DNA of 64,000 nt from Eubacteriales bacterium (GTDB taxonomy: Bacteria; Bacillota; Clostridia; Oscillospirales; CAG-382). Of the stretch, positions 1 through 9,089 are shown piece after piece. A model generated the notes under the pieces. The model was not told where the DNA came from and ran no database searches. It was given only the letters and a program-made list of their open reading frames with translations. Position 1 is the first letter of the stretch; each line of letters starts with the position of its first letter. Location of the stretch: contig JAZQIW010000053.1 of the NCBI GenBank assembly GCA_045541355.1, positions 13,222-77,221 on the forward strand, given 5' to 3'. The position numbers and the translations under genes are program-made.

Positions 1-393
1 AAATACAAGCTGCACGTTTCTGTCTTTATCATTGACAAGTCCCAAAATGCTTGCAGACCCCGGTTTAACACCAAGAAACTGCTTAAGATTTTCTTCGGGT
101 GCAAAAGAAAAACGTGCCGTGCCAAGCTGCTTTGAAAGTACGTTTGATTTAAAAGGAACACTTGCAGGCATTACGAGAAGATAAAACTTTGTTTTCTGAG
201 CATTGCACAGCAATAAATTCTTTAAATGCATTATTTCCAAAAGCTCATAGACGTTCTCAGTGCCCTCATCCTCGGGCATTCTGTCTACCCTTTCAAACGG
301 TATTTTGAGCTCTTCAAGAACATCATAAATTCTCTCTTCCTCGACGCATCTTTTTTCTTCGGGTCTTGTCGAAAATATCTGTCTGTTTCCCAA
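1..393 (-). CDS. YbaK/ProX-like aminoacyl-tRNA editing-domain protein, N-terminal part (gene continues beyond left edge)
   Basis: Not in the ORF track because there is no stop in the window. My minus-strand translation is open from 393 to 1: ...EEERIYDVLEELKIPFERVDRMPEDEGTENVYELLEIMHLKNLLLCNAQKTKFYLLVMPASVPFKSNVLSKQLGTARFSFAPEENLKQFLGVKPGSASILGLVNDKDRNVQLVF. The pattern resembles the YbaK/ProX family as I recall it. The start is uncertain: an in-frame TGA at 400-402 limits it to TTG 393, and ATG 407 is in another frame. Confidence 0.5.
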   Translation of the reverse strand, partial: MGNRQIFSTRPEEKRCVEEERIYDVLEELKIPFERVDRMPEDEGTENVYELLEIMHLKNLLLCNAQKTKFYLLVMPASVPFKSNVLSKQLGTARFSFAPEENLKQFLGVKPGSASILGLVNDKDRNVQLVF

Positions 394-528
394 AATTCTT
401 CACTCATCCTTATTCATATTTCCATAATAATATATCATAGTTTTTTACATAATTCTACTGATATTCGTAAACGTTCTGTGTTATTTGATATTATTATTTG
501 TTTTTTTACTTTTTTTGTCAAAAAACTA

Positions 529-557
529 TTGAAAGAAATTCTATTTAATGATATAAT
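529..557 (+). promoter_or_regulatory. sigma-A type promoter of the rnf operon
   Basis: TTGAAA (529-534), 17-nt spacer, TATAAT (552-557) preceded by TG (549-550). It lies about 55 nt upstream of the rnfC ATG. Confidence 0.6.
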
Positions 558-611
558 TAATTAATTTTACAGAAAATCAATATATTGTCAAATCTTTAAC
601 GAAAGGATGAT

Positions 612-1961
612 ATGATGTTAAAGACTTTTTTGGGCGGCCTGCATATGCCGGACAATAAAAACACAAAGAATATACCAATTAAGGTTTTTCCAGCTCCTGC
701 TAAGGTTGCAATACCCATGCAGCAGCATATCGGTGCCCCCGCCCAGCCTCTTGTTGCAAAGGGTGACTATGTAAAAAAAGGTCAGCTTATAGGTAATTTT
801 GAAAGCGGTCTTTCCTGCCCCATTCATGCATCAATTTCAGGTACCGTTTCAGATATTGAAATGCGCAACTCTTATACAGGTCAAGGCAAAACAGCGCACA
901 TAATCATTGAAAACGATTTTACAGATACGGTCAGCGAGGATATTGAGCCTTTTAACGGCGATATCTTCAAAGCATCGGCTGAAGAGATTATTGAAATTGT
1001 AAGAAAAGCAGGCGTTTGCGGTCTCGGCGGTGCATCCTTCCCCACTTATGCAAAGATTCAGTCGGCTATCGGCAAGGCAAAGGAAATCATAATAAACTGT
1101 GCGGAATGTGAGCCGTATATCACAGAAAACCACAGACTTATGCTTGAAGAGCCCGAAAGAATTATCGGCGGTGCGCGTATTCTTATGCGTGCAACGGGTG
1201 CCGAGCACATGACAATTGCAATAGAAAACAACAAAATGGATGCCGTTGCTGTCATGAAAGAAAAGATATCAGGCTATGACAACATCAGCGTGCAGGTGCT
1301 TAAAACAAAGTATCCTCAGGGCGATGAAAGACAGCTGATGTATGTCATCAAAGGCGTTCAGATGCCTGCAGGAAAGCTTCCCGCAGATGTTGGATGTGTA
1401 ATATTCAATGCCGAAACCACAACTGCCGTGTACAATGCAGTATACACAGGCATGCCGCTGATAGATACTGTTGTAACCGTTGACGGCGATGCAGTAGAAA
1501 CCCCGTCAAATTACAGAATTCCCGTCGGTACTTCCATTAAGGATGTCCTTGAGGTGTGCGGCGGCACAAAGGAAAGCCTTGCAAAGATTGTAAACGGCGG
1601 TCCCATGATGGGTGCAGCTCAGTGGGATATGGGTGCTGTTATAATGAAGAACACCTCGGCAATCCTTGCTTTGTCCGATAAAACACAGGACAACAGAGAG
1701 GGCGACTGTATCCACTGCGGAAAATGTGTCGGTGTCTGTCCAATGCACCTCATGCCCAACTATTTGAGTGCCTTCTCTAAGCTTTCCGACAAGCAGATGG
1801 CAGAAGAATTCGGTATTCTTTCATGTGTCGAATGCGGATGTTGTACATACATTTGCCCCGGAAATGTTCCGATTGTCCAATATATCAGAACTACAAAGGC
1901 AGAAATCTTAGCAGAAAAAAGAAAAAAAGCAGCCAAAGAAAGTGAGGCAAAGTCAAAATAA
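612..1961 (+). CDS. rnfC: Rnf electron transport complex subunit C
   Basis: 449 aa. Two ferredoxin-type motifs (CIHCGKCVGVCP, CVECGCCTYICP). First gene of the canonical rnfCDGEAB order. RBS GAAAGGA at 601-607. Stop overlaps the rnfD start (TAATG). Confidence 0.95.
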   Translation: MMLKTFLGGLHMPDNKNTKNIPIKVFPAPAKVAIPMQQHIGAPAQPLVAKGDYVKKGQLIGNFESGLSCPIHASISGTVSDIEMRNSYTGQGKTAHIIIENDFTDTVSEDIEPFNGDIFKASAEEIIEIVRKAGVCGLGGASFPTYAKIQSAIGKAKEIIINCAECEPYITENHRLMLEEPERIIGGARILMRATGAEHMTIAIENNKMDAVAVMKEKISGYDNISVQVLKTKYPQGDERQLMYVIKGVQMPAGKLPADVGCVIFNAETTTAVYNAVYTGMPLIDTVVTVDGDAVETPSNYRIPVGTSIKDVLEVCGGTKESLAKIVNGGPMMGAAQWDMGAVIMKNTSAILALSDKTQDNREGDCIHCGKCVGVCPMHLMPNYLSAFSKLSDKQMAEEFGILSCVECGCCTYICPGNVPIVQYIRTTKAEILAEKRKKAAKESEAKSK

Positions 1962-2965
1962 TGAACAATCAGACTACTAACAAATTCTTAACAATGACAG
2001 CCTCCCCCCATATCAAGAGTCCAATCAAAACACGCAACATAATGGGAGACGTTATTCTTGCTCTAATGCCTGCTCTCGTATGGAGTATATACATCTTCGG
2101 CTTCAGAGCATTGACGGTGACACTTGTCAGTGTAATTTCATGTGTTGCATTCGAATATCTGTACAGGAAGCTTATGAAAAAAAGCAACACCGTCGGTGAT
2201 TTATCGGCAGTTGTTACGGGCATACTCCTTGCATATTCTCTTCCTGTATCGGTTCCCCTGTGGCTCCCCGCAGTCGGCGGCTTCTTTGCAATAGTTATTG
2301 TAAAGCAGCTTTACGGCGGAATTGGAAAAAACATAGTAAACCCCGCGCTTGCGGCCCGTGTTTTTCTTTTCATTGCCTATCCGTCTGAGCTTACAACCTT
2401 TACAGTACCCGGTGCAAAGCTCTCACCCTTCAAGATTAGCGTTGCAGCGGAAATTACACCTGATATAACCGCAGGAGCAACACCGCTTGTAAATCTGAAA
2501 AACGGTGTTATGACAGGAACCGATTCCGTTTCCGTACTTATCGGAAATATGCCCGGTACCATAGGCGAAATATCTGCAACACTTCTTATTCTTACAGGCG
2601 TCTATCTTATCATTCGAAAGGTAATCACCTGGCACATTCCCGTAACATTTATTGCGACTGTTGCTGCCCTATCCTTTATCTTCCCCGTCGGTGAATTCAG
2701 CCGCGTTGATTTTATGCTTTACGAGCTTTTATCCGGCGGTCTCATGCTCGGTGCCTTCTTTATGGCAACCGACTATGTTACAAGTCCTGTTACAAAAAAA
2801 GGACGAATCATATTCGGCATAGGATGCGGTCTTTTAACAATGTTTATAAGATATTTCGGCGGATATCCCGAGGGTGTTTCTTTTGCAATACTTATTATGA
2901 ATCTCTTTGTGTGGTATCTTGATAAGGGTACCAAGCCCGTAAGCTTCGGAGGTGCTAAGAAATAA
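1961..2965 (+). CDS. rnfD: Rnf complex subunit D (NqrB/RnfD family membrane protein)
   Basis: 334 aa polytopic membrane protein. Contains ...TAGATPL... and ...FFMATDYVTSP... stretches typical of RnfD. Translationally coupled on both sides. Confidence 0.93.
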   Translation: MNNQTTNKFLTMTASPHIKSPIKTRNIMGDVILALMPALVWSIYIFGFRALTVTLVSVISCVAFEYLYRKLMKKSNTVGDLSAVVTGILLAYSLPVSVPLWLPAVGGFFAIVIVKQLYGGIGKNIVNPALAARVFLFIAYPSELTTFTVPGAKLSPFKISVAAEITPDITAGATPLVNLKNGVMTGTDSVSVLIGNMPGTIGEISATLLILTGVYLIIRKVITWHIPVTFIATVAALSFIFPVGEFSRVDFMLYELLSGGLMLGAFFMATDYVTSPVTKKGRIIFGIGCGLLTMFIRYFGGYPEGVSFAILIMNLFVWYLDKGTKPVSFGGAKK

Positions 2966-3597
2966 TGAAACAGAATAATGTAAAATATATAGTTTCTATT
3001 TCCTTGAAGCTTCTTGTGATATGCTCAATAGTTGCAGCCATAGTTGCCTTTGTAAACGACATAACAAAGGAAAGAATTGCACTTAACGAAATGATGACAA
3101 CGGCACAAGCTCTGACGGGAATCTATTCTTCAGACTTTGACGGTCATGCATTTGTTGTTGAAAATGAAGAGTATGTTGTTAAGGACAATGACGGAAATAC
3201 GGTTGCAAAATGCTTACAGGTTGACAGCAAATATATAACTGTTGATGACGTAACGGCAGTTTATGTGCTTAACGATGCGGACAATAATGCTCTTGGCTAC
3301 TGTGTATCTATTCAGCCGATGGGCTTTAAAGACGTAATCAAGATGCTTGTTGCGGTAACACCGGATCTTAAAATCAAGGGTGTTGAGATTGTTTCCATGT
3401 CAGAAACAAGCGGTATCGGAACAAAGGCAAAAGAACCTGCTTTCCTTGAAAAGTTTATGGGACTCGGTGCTGAACAGGCACGGGAGGTAGATATAATTTC
3501 AGGTGCTACAAAAACAACAAAGCCTGTTATATCTGCTGTTGCAGCAAGTATTGACCAGGTTGCAAAATATATCTCTACTTCGGGAGGTGCGAACTGA
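2965..3597 (+). CDS. rnfG: Rnf complex subunit G (FMN-binding)
   Basis: 210 aa. N-terminal TM helix and an FMN-binding domain with the SGATKTT flavinylation motif. Confidence 0.92.
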   Translation: MKQNNVKYIVSISLKLLVICSIVAAIVAFVNDITKERIALNEMMTTAQALTGIYSSDFDGHAFVVENEEYVVKDNDGNTVAKCLQVDSKYITVDDVTAVYVLNDADNNALGYCVSIQPMGFKDVIKMLVAVTPDLKIKGVEIVSMSETSGIGTKAKEPAFLEKFMGLGAEQAREVDIISGATKTTKPVISAVAASIDQVAKYISTSGGAN

Positions 3598-4220
3598 TGA
3601 ATGATAATAAGTTTTCTGTAAAACAGCATTTTTTCAGCAGTCTCTTTGATCAAAACCCCATTCTTGTTCAGCTTCTCGGAACCTGCCCCACCCTTGCCAC
3701 CTCAACATCGCTTGTCAATGGCTTTGGAATGGGAATTTCGGCTACGGCTGTACTTATCCTCTCAAACCTTCTCATATCTCTTCTCAGAAAGTTTATCCCC
3801 AAGCAAGTAAGAATTGCGGCATACATAGTTATTATCTCGGGCTTTGTAACAGCCGTTGAGCTTCTTATCAAGGCATTTGTACCAAGCCTTGACAAATCTC
3901 TCGGTCTGTTTATACCCTTGATTGTTGTTAACTGTATTATTCTTGCAAGAGCTGAGGCATTTGCATCGAAAAATAATCCTGTTGCTTCTATGCTCGACGG
4001 TTTATTCATGGGCATAGGCTTCACATTTGCTCTCAGCATTCTCGGTTTTGTAAGAGAGCTTCTCGGCTCAGGAACGGTGCTTGGATTTGCAATTCCGGGC
4101 TTTAAACCCATCCTTTTCTTCGTGCTTCCTGCCGGTGCTTTCCTTACTCTCGGTTGTCTTATTGCAGCGGTCAACTGGATTCTCACCTTATCAAAAGACA
4201 GAAAGGGAGGTAAAAAGTAA
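3597..4220 (+). CDS. rnfE: Rnf complex subunit E
   Basis: 207 aa NqrD/RnfE-type membrane protein (LLGTCPTLA..., NCIILARAEAFA). Confidence 0.93.
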   Translation: MNDNKFSVKQHFFSSLFDQNPILVQLLGTCPTLATSTSLVNGFGMGISATAVLILSNLLISLLRKFIPKQVRIAAYIVIISGFVTAVELLIKAFVPSLDKSLGLFIPLIVVNCIILARAEAFASKNNPVASMLDGLFMGIGFTFALSILGFVRELLGSGTVLGFAIPGFKPILFFVLPAGAFLTLGCLIAAVNWILTLSKDRKGGKK

Positions 4221-4810
4221 TGTCATTAAGTGCAATATTTGCCATATTGATTTCATCAATTCTTATAGAAAACTATGTTTTCTCGCGTTTTCTTGGAATT
4301 TGCCCCTTCCTTGGTCTTTCCGAAAAGCCATCAACTGCCTTTGGCATGGGATGTGCCGTTACTTTTGTAATGACACTTTCATCGGCAATAACATGGCTTT
4401 TATACACATTTATTCTTGTTCCGTTTGAGCTTGAATATTTAAAGACAATTGCTTTTATTCTTATCATAGCATCTCTTGTTCAGCTTATAGAGATGTTTCT
4501 GAGAAAATCGGTTCCTTCTCTTTATTCGGCACTCGGTATATATCTACCGCTTATCACAACCAACTGTGCTATTCTCGGTGCCGCACTTCTCTGCATACAA
4601 AACAACTACAACCTTCTTGAATCTGTTATATTCAGCTTTGGTTCTGCTGTTGGCTGGACAATGGCAATCGTTATTTTTGCCGGTGTACGAGCAAGAGTTG
4701 TTTTTGCAGATACTCCAAAGTGCTTTAAGGGAACACCTATTGCTCTGGTAACAGCTTGCCTTATTGCCATGGCTTTTGCTGGTTTCCAGGGTGTAAAACT
4801 CCCCTTTTAA
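4220..4810 (+). CDS. rnfA: Rnf complex subunit A
   Basis: 196 aa NqrE/RnfA-type membrane protein (FLGICPFLG, TNCAILG). Confidence 0.93.
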   Translation: MSLSAIFAILISSILIENYVFSRFLGICPFLGLSEKPSTAFGMGCAVTFVMTLSSAITWLLYTFILVPFELEYLKTIAFILIIASLVQLIEMFLRKSVPSLYSALGIYLPLITTNCAILGAALLCIQNNYNLLESVIFSFGSAVGWTMAIVIFAGVRARVVFADTPKCFKGTPIALVTACLIAMAFAGFQGVKLPF

Positions 4811-4840
4811 TCCTTTGATACCAAAGAAAGGACCTATATT

Positions 4841-5707
4841 ATGAACGATACTCTTATAGCTATTCTTTATGCTCTTTTATGCTTTGCCGTTATCAGCGGC
4901 ATTCTCGGTTTAATTCTTGCTTATGCCAGCAAAGTTTTTGCCGTAGAAGTAGATGAAAGAGTAGAAAAAATCACCGATATTCTTCCCGGTGCAAACTGCG
5001 GCGGATGTGGTTATACAGGCTGCGCTGCCCTTGCAGAAGCAATTATTAAAGGTGATGCGCCTGCCAATGCCTGCAGCTCAGTTTCAATAGAGGTATGCAA
5101 TAAAATTGCTGTAATTGCAGGTCTTTCACCCGTGGAATCTCATGTAAGATACAGGGCACAGGTTATGTGTTCGGGTACTCACGAGCTTGCTGTAAAAAAA
5201 TATGTTTATGAAGGTATTCACGACTGTGTTAGTGCAAACAAGCTTTCAGGCGGTGACAAGCTTTGCCCTAACGGATGTATTGGTCTTGGCACCTGTGCTG
5301 CAGCTTGTAAGTTCGATGCAATACATATTATCAACGGCGTTGCGGCTGTTGACTACGAGAAGTGTGTAGCATGCGGCGTTTGTGTTGCTTCGTGTCCCAA
5401 ATCAATAATCAAGCTTATACCTTATGATGCAAAGCATTGGGTTGGATGTTCCTCTGCCGACAAGGGCGCGGTAACAAAGTCCTACTGTAATGTCGGATGC
5501 ATCGGATGTAAGATATGTGAAAAAGCATGCCCCAACGGTGCAATTAAGGTTGAAAACTCCGTAGCATCAATAAATTATGAGCTATGTGACGGATGCGGTC
5601 TTTGTGAAAGCAAGTGTCCGAGAAAAATCATCTGGTCTGCCCGTTCTCAGGAAGAGGAAGGCATCATCCGCTTTAAACAGGATTTATCTTCAACATCTGC
5701 TGAATAA
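4841..5707 (+). CDS. rnfB: Rnf complex subunit B (polyferredoxin)
   Basis: 288 aa. N-terminal TM helix, a CGGCGYTGC cluster motif, and several CxxCxxCxxxCP 4Fe-4S motifs. Confidence 0.93.
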   Translation: MNDTLIAILYALLCFAVISGILGLILAYASKVFAVEVDERVEKITDILPGANCGGCGYTGCAALAEAIIKGDAPANACSSVSIEVCNKIAVIAGLSPVESHVRYRAQVMCSGTHELAVKKYVYEGIHDCVSANKLSGGDKLCPNGCIGLGTCAAACKFDAIHIINGVAAVDYEKCVACGVCVASCPKSIIKLIPYDAKHWVGCSSADKGAVTKSYCNVGCIGCKICEKACPNGAIKVENSVASINYELCDGCGLCESKCPRKIIWSARSQEEEGIIRFKQDLSSTSAE

Positions 5708-5713
5708 AAGTAA

Positions 5714-5740
5714 ATGCCCCGCAGAAAATCTGCGGGGCAT
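5714..5740. terminator. hairpin between convergent rnfB and the Mrp-family gene (probable bidirectional terminator)
   Basis: ATGCCCCGCAG-AAAAT-CTGCGGGGCAT, an 11-bp perfect stem. The U-rich run is on the minus-strand side only. Confidence 0.65.
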
Positions 5741-5754
5741 AAATATTGCCTGAA

Positions 5755-6582
5755 TTATATCATTTTTTCAATTTTTGAAACAAGGTCATCAAGGTAATGC
5801 TCGCTGAACTTTTCGATTTCACCCTTATCTGTAAGTGAAGCAACCTCCTGACAGAAAGGAACTCTTGCAAGAAGCTCAAGTCCCTGCTCCTTCGCAGTTT
5901 CCTCAGTCTTGCTCTTTCCGAAGACTTCAATCTTCTTACCGCAGTCGGGACATACAACATAGCTCATGTTCTCAACAAGACCTATAATCGGTATCTCCAT
6001 TGTCTTTGCCATATTTACTGCTTTTGAAACAACAAGAGAAACAAGATCCTGAGGGCTTGTTACCATAACAATTCCGTCTAAGGGAATGGACTGGAACACC
6101 GTAAGGGGTACATCACCTGTTCCGGGAGGCATATCAATAAACATAAAGTCAATATCTTCCCAAACGGTATCTGTCCAGAACTGTTTAACGGCTCCGGCAA
6201 TAACAGGACCTCGCCATATAACGGGAACATCTTCCTTTTCAAGAAGAAGATTTGCAGACATAATCTTTATTCCGCTGTGCGATACCTTGGGCACCATGAA
6301 GTTATCGTAGCCCGTAATCTGCCCCTTAACACCGAAAGCCTTCGGAATTGAGGGTCCTGTGATATCAGCATCAAGAATACCTACATTATATCCTTTTCTT
6401 GCCATCAATACGGAAAGAAGCGAGGTAACCATAGATTTACCAACTCCGCCTTTTCCACTGACAACACCTATCACTTTTTTTACGCTGCTGTGAATATTAA
6501 GGGGCTCAAGCATACTTGTTTTATCTCTTGAAGCACAGTTTTCAGAGCAGGTACTGCAATCATGTGTACAATTGTCAGCCAT
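5755..6582 (-). CDS. Mrp/NBP35/ApbC-family Fe-S cluster carrier ATPase
   Basis: 275 aa. Cys-rich N-terminus (CTHDCSTCSENC), deviant Walker A GKGGVGKS, and a CPDCG motif. Confidence 0.9.
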   Translation of the reverse strand: MADNCTHDCSTCSENCASRDKTSMLEPLNIHSSVKKVIGVVSGKGGVGKSMVTSLLSVLMARKGYNVGILDADITGPSIPKAFGVKGQITGYDNFMVPKVSHSGIKIMSANLLLEKEDVPVIWRGPVIAGAVKQFWTDTVWEDIDFMFIDMPPGTGDVPLTVFQSIPLDGIVMVTSPQDLVSLVVSKAVNMAKTMEIPIIGLVENMSYVVCPDCGKKIEVFGKSKTEETAKEQGLELLARVPFCQEVASLTDKGEIEKFSEHYLDDLVSKIEKMI

Positions 6583-6817
6583 TTCTAAATCCTCCGTTCA
6601 TCTTTCATTTTACTTACAGTAGTTTACTTTTATTTTTGTTTTATATCAACTGATAATTATAAACATTGTTTTAACAAATTAACACATTGCTTATTCACAT
6701 TAAATTGTAAACAACATTAGCTAAAAAAAACATATAATTATCACATTAATATCTTACCAAATTCACAAAATACTGATAATATTTTATCGTAAATTTTACT
6801 GAAAGGATTTTACCATA

Positions 6818-9085
6818 ATGAGTGATAACCTTATCGAAACTAAAGAAAGTGCTTCGCAACAGACAGTCAGAAGCTCGCAGCCGATGAAAAATATGAAAAA
6901 GAAAAAAAAGAAAAGAGTAATTAAAACAGTCTTATTGATAATTATTTCTATTCTGATTTTACTCTTTATTCTTTTAAAGTCAGGAATATTATCAAAAATT
7001 TTCGGAAGCGGCAATGCAGATTCACAAACGCTTAGTACATATACCGTATCAACCCGTGAAATCTCCAAGGTACTTACAAGCTCTGGAACAATAGAGCCAA
7101 ACGATCAATATACAATCAATGCTCTTGTGGTCGGTGAAATTCTTAATGACTACTTTGAAGAAGGTGACACAGTTACCGAAGACCAGCTTCTTTATATGAT
7201 TGATTCCGACAGTCTTAACTCAAATGTTACAAGACAGCAAAACTCGTTAAAGAACGCGAGAAAGGCACTTGATGATGCAATAGACAAAAAGGAAAAGCTA
7301 AATGTTGAAACAGATATATCGGGAACAGTTAAAAAGCTGTATGTAGAAATCGGTGATGATGTGAATCAGGGTGCACTGATTGCTGATATTATTGATGATG
7401 ATACTATGTGTATAGACATTCCGTTTATGGATGTTGACATATCCGATATTCGCGTTGGAGATTCCGCAAGTATTACCTTTGATACATATGAAACAGCAGT
7501 AGGAACAGTAGATAAAATAAGCAATGTTTCAAGTGTTAATAGCCGAGGTGTATCGGTGAGAAATGTGACAATAAGCGTCAGAAACACAGGCTCCATCACC
7601 ACAAGCACCAAGGCTTATGCGCAAATTGGCGATGCTGCCTGTACGCAAGAGGCACAATTCTACTACAATGATGAAGGTAAGGTCTACGCTGAAACAAGCG
7701 GAACTGTTACAAGAATTGTTGCAGACGAGGGCGACAAGGTTAGTAAGAATGACATAATTGTTATTTTGGAAAGCGAAGATTTAGACGATGAAATTGACAG
7801 GCTTCGAGATAATGTCGAAGAAGCCTCGGATTCTCTCGAGGATGCCAACGATGCCTTTGACAACTACAATATAAAGGCGCCTATTACAGGAAAAGTAATA
7901 TCAAAATCCTACAAGAAGGGAGACACTCTTTCCAGCGGCGGAATGTCAAACAATCAATTGGCCGTTATTTATGATATGTCGGCTCTCAAATTCACAATGA
8001 GTATAGATGAGCTTGATATTGACAGCCTTGATGAAGGTCAGGAGGTTATCGTCACCTGTGACTCGCGAGAGGGACAACAGTATATCGGTGAAATATCCAA
8101 TATCAGCATTCAAGGAACAACCACAAGCGGTACAACGGTTTATCCTGTGGAGGTTACAATTGAAAATGTTGAAGATACCTCAAAGAGAACCGTTTCTGAT
8201 GACGGTACCGTAAACAAGACATATAAAACAGGCATGACAAGCACTGAAAAGACCTATGTGCTTACATATCAGGGACAAACCGACAAAGGCTACTCCCTCA
8301 TTTATGATGATGGCAGAGAAATCTTTCTTGTAACAGATGCCGATGGCAAGGTTTCAATCTATGACGGTGACAGCAAGCTTAATGACTATATCAACGGTGC
8401 TTATACACTCGGTAACAGCTTTTACATCTTTTCATCCGATTATTCAACAGTAACAATAGAAGTTCAGAATGAAAAAACAATGTTAAAGCCCGGCATGAAT
8501 GTAGATGCGGAAATTGTTGTTGAAAAGAGAGAAAATGCAATTGCCGTTCCTCTTGCTGCAGTGGGACGAGGTAATGTAGTCAAGGTGTTAAAGCAATCGG
8601 CAAAGCCTGAAACTTCAAGTGGTGTTGAGGAAAACAAAAACGATGATGACAATAATGGGTCGGGCAAAGCACCGAACACCGGTGTCAGCAGCAACGGAAA
8701 TATGCCTCAGAGACCGCAGAATTTAGGAGAAAAGCCCATAATTAACAATTCTGCAAGTGAAAGCAATTCTAACCTGACAAGCGGCAATTTAAGAGCTTCC
8801 GCTTACTCATCAGCTCCCGCAGATGCCGAATACAGTGAGGTACGTGTTACTGTCGGAATCAGCGATGACGAATACGTAGAGATTACATCAGGACTTGAAA
8901 TCGGAGATGTTGTAATTGTTGACACATCGAATCTTGCGACAGGCTATACAGGCACAATGTTCGGAATGATGGGTGCAGGCGGAATGGCAGGAATGGGCGG
9001 CATGAACGCTATGGGAGGCGGAATGCAGGGCATGAGCGGAGGAATGCCTCAGGGCGGCATGGGCGCAAGACCCATGGGCAGATAA
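6818..9085 (+). CDS. HlyD/MacA/YknX-type membrane-fusion (periplasmic adaptor) protein, internally duplicated, with Gly/Met-rich C-terminal tail
   Basis: 755 aa. Lys-rich cytoplasmic stub plus one TM helix (KKKKKKRVIKTVLLIIISILILLFILL). Four half-lipoyl motifs. See findings. Confidence 0.85.
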   Translation: MSDNLIETKESASQQTVRSSQPMKNMKKKKKKRVIKTVLLIIISILILLFILLKSGILSKIFGSGNADSQTLSTYTVSTREISKVLTSSGTIEPNDQYTINALVVGEILNDYFEEGDTVTEDQLLYMIDSDSLNSNVTRQQNSLKNARKALDDAIDKKEKLNVETDISGTVKKLYVEIGDDVNQGALIADIIDDDTMCIDIPFMDVDISDIRVGDSASITFDTYETAVGTVDKISNVSSVNSRGVSVRNVTISVRNTGSITTSTKAYAQIGDAACTQEAQFYYNDEGKVYAETSGTVTRIVADEGDKVSKNDIIVILESEDLDDEIDRLRDNVEEASDSLEDANDAFDNYNIKAPITGKVISKSYKKGDTLSSGGMSNNQLAVIYDMSALKFTMSIDELDIDSLDEGQEVIVTCDSREGQQYIGEISNISIQGTTTSGTTVYPVEVTIENVEDTSKRTVSDDGTVNKTYKTGMTSTEKTYVLTYQGQTDKGYSLIYDDGREIFLVTDADGKVSIYDGDSKLNDYINGAYTLGNSFYIFSSDYSTVTIEVQNEKTMLKPGMNVDAEIVVEKRENAIAVPLAAVGRGNVVKVLKQSAKPETSSGVEENKNDDDNNGSGKAPNTGVSSNGNMPQRPQNLGEKPIINNSASESNSNLTSGNLRASAYSSAPADAEYSEVRVTVGISDDEYVEITSGLEIGDVVIVDTSNLATGYTGTMFGMMGAGGMAGMGGMNAMGGGMQGMSGGMPQGGMGARPMGR

Positions 9086-9089
9086 TGAG

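Noticed and set aside
351-407. Possible frameshift at the 5' end of the edge gene (ATG 407 is out of frame, and an A6 run at 351-356 on the coding strand could restore it)
   Set aside because: Removing one A from the run, a -1 frameshift, would give MSEEFWETDRYFRQDPKKKRCVEEERIYDVL.... However, the ATG has no spacing from its AAGG, and a TTG start at 393 explains the gene without invoking an error. This cannot be decided without homolog alignment or reads.
226-564. 112-aa plus-strand ORF from the ORF track
   Set aside because: It is antisense to the better-supported YbaK/ProX-like gene and then runs through the AT-rich rnf promoter region. The sequence is low-complexity and there is no RBS. 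I treat it as a shadow ORF.
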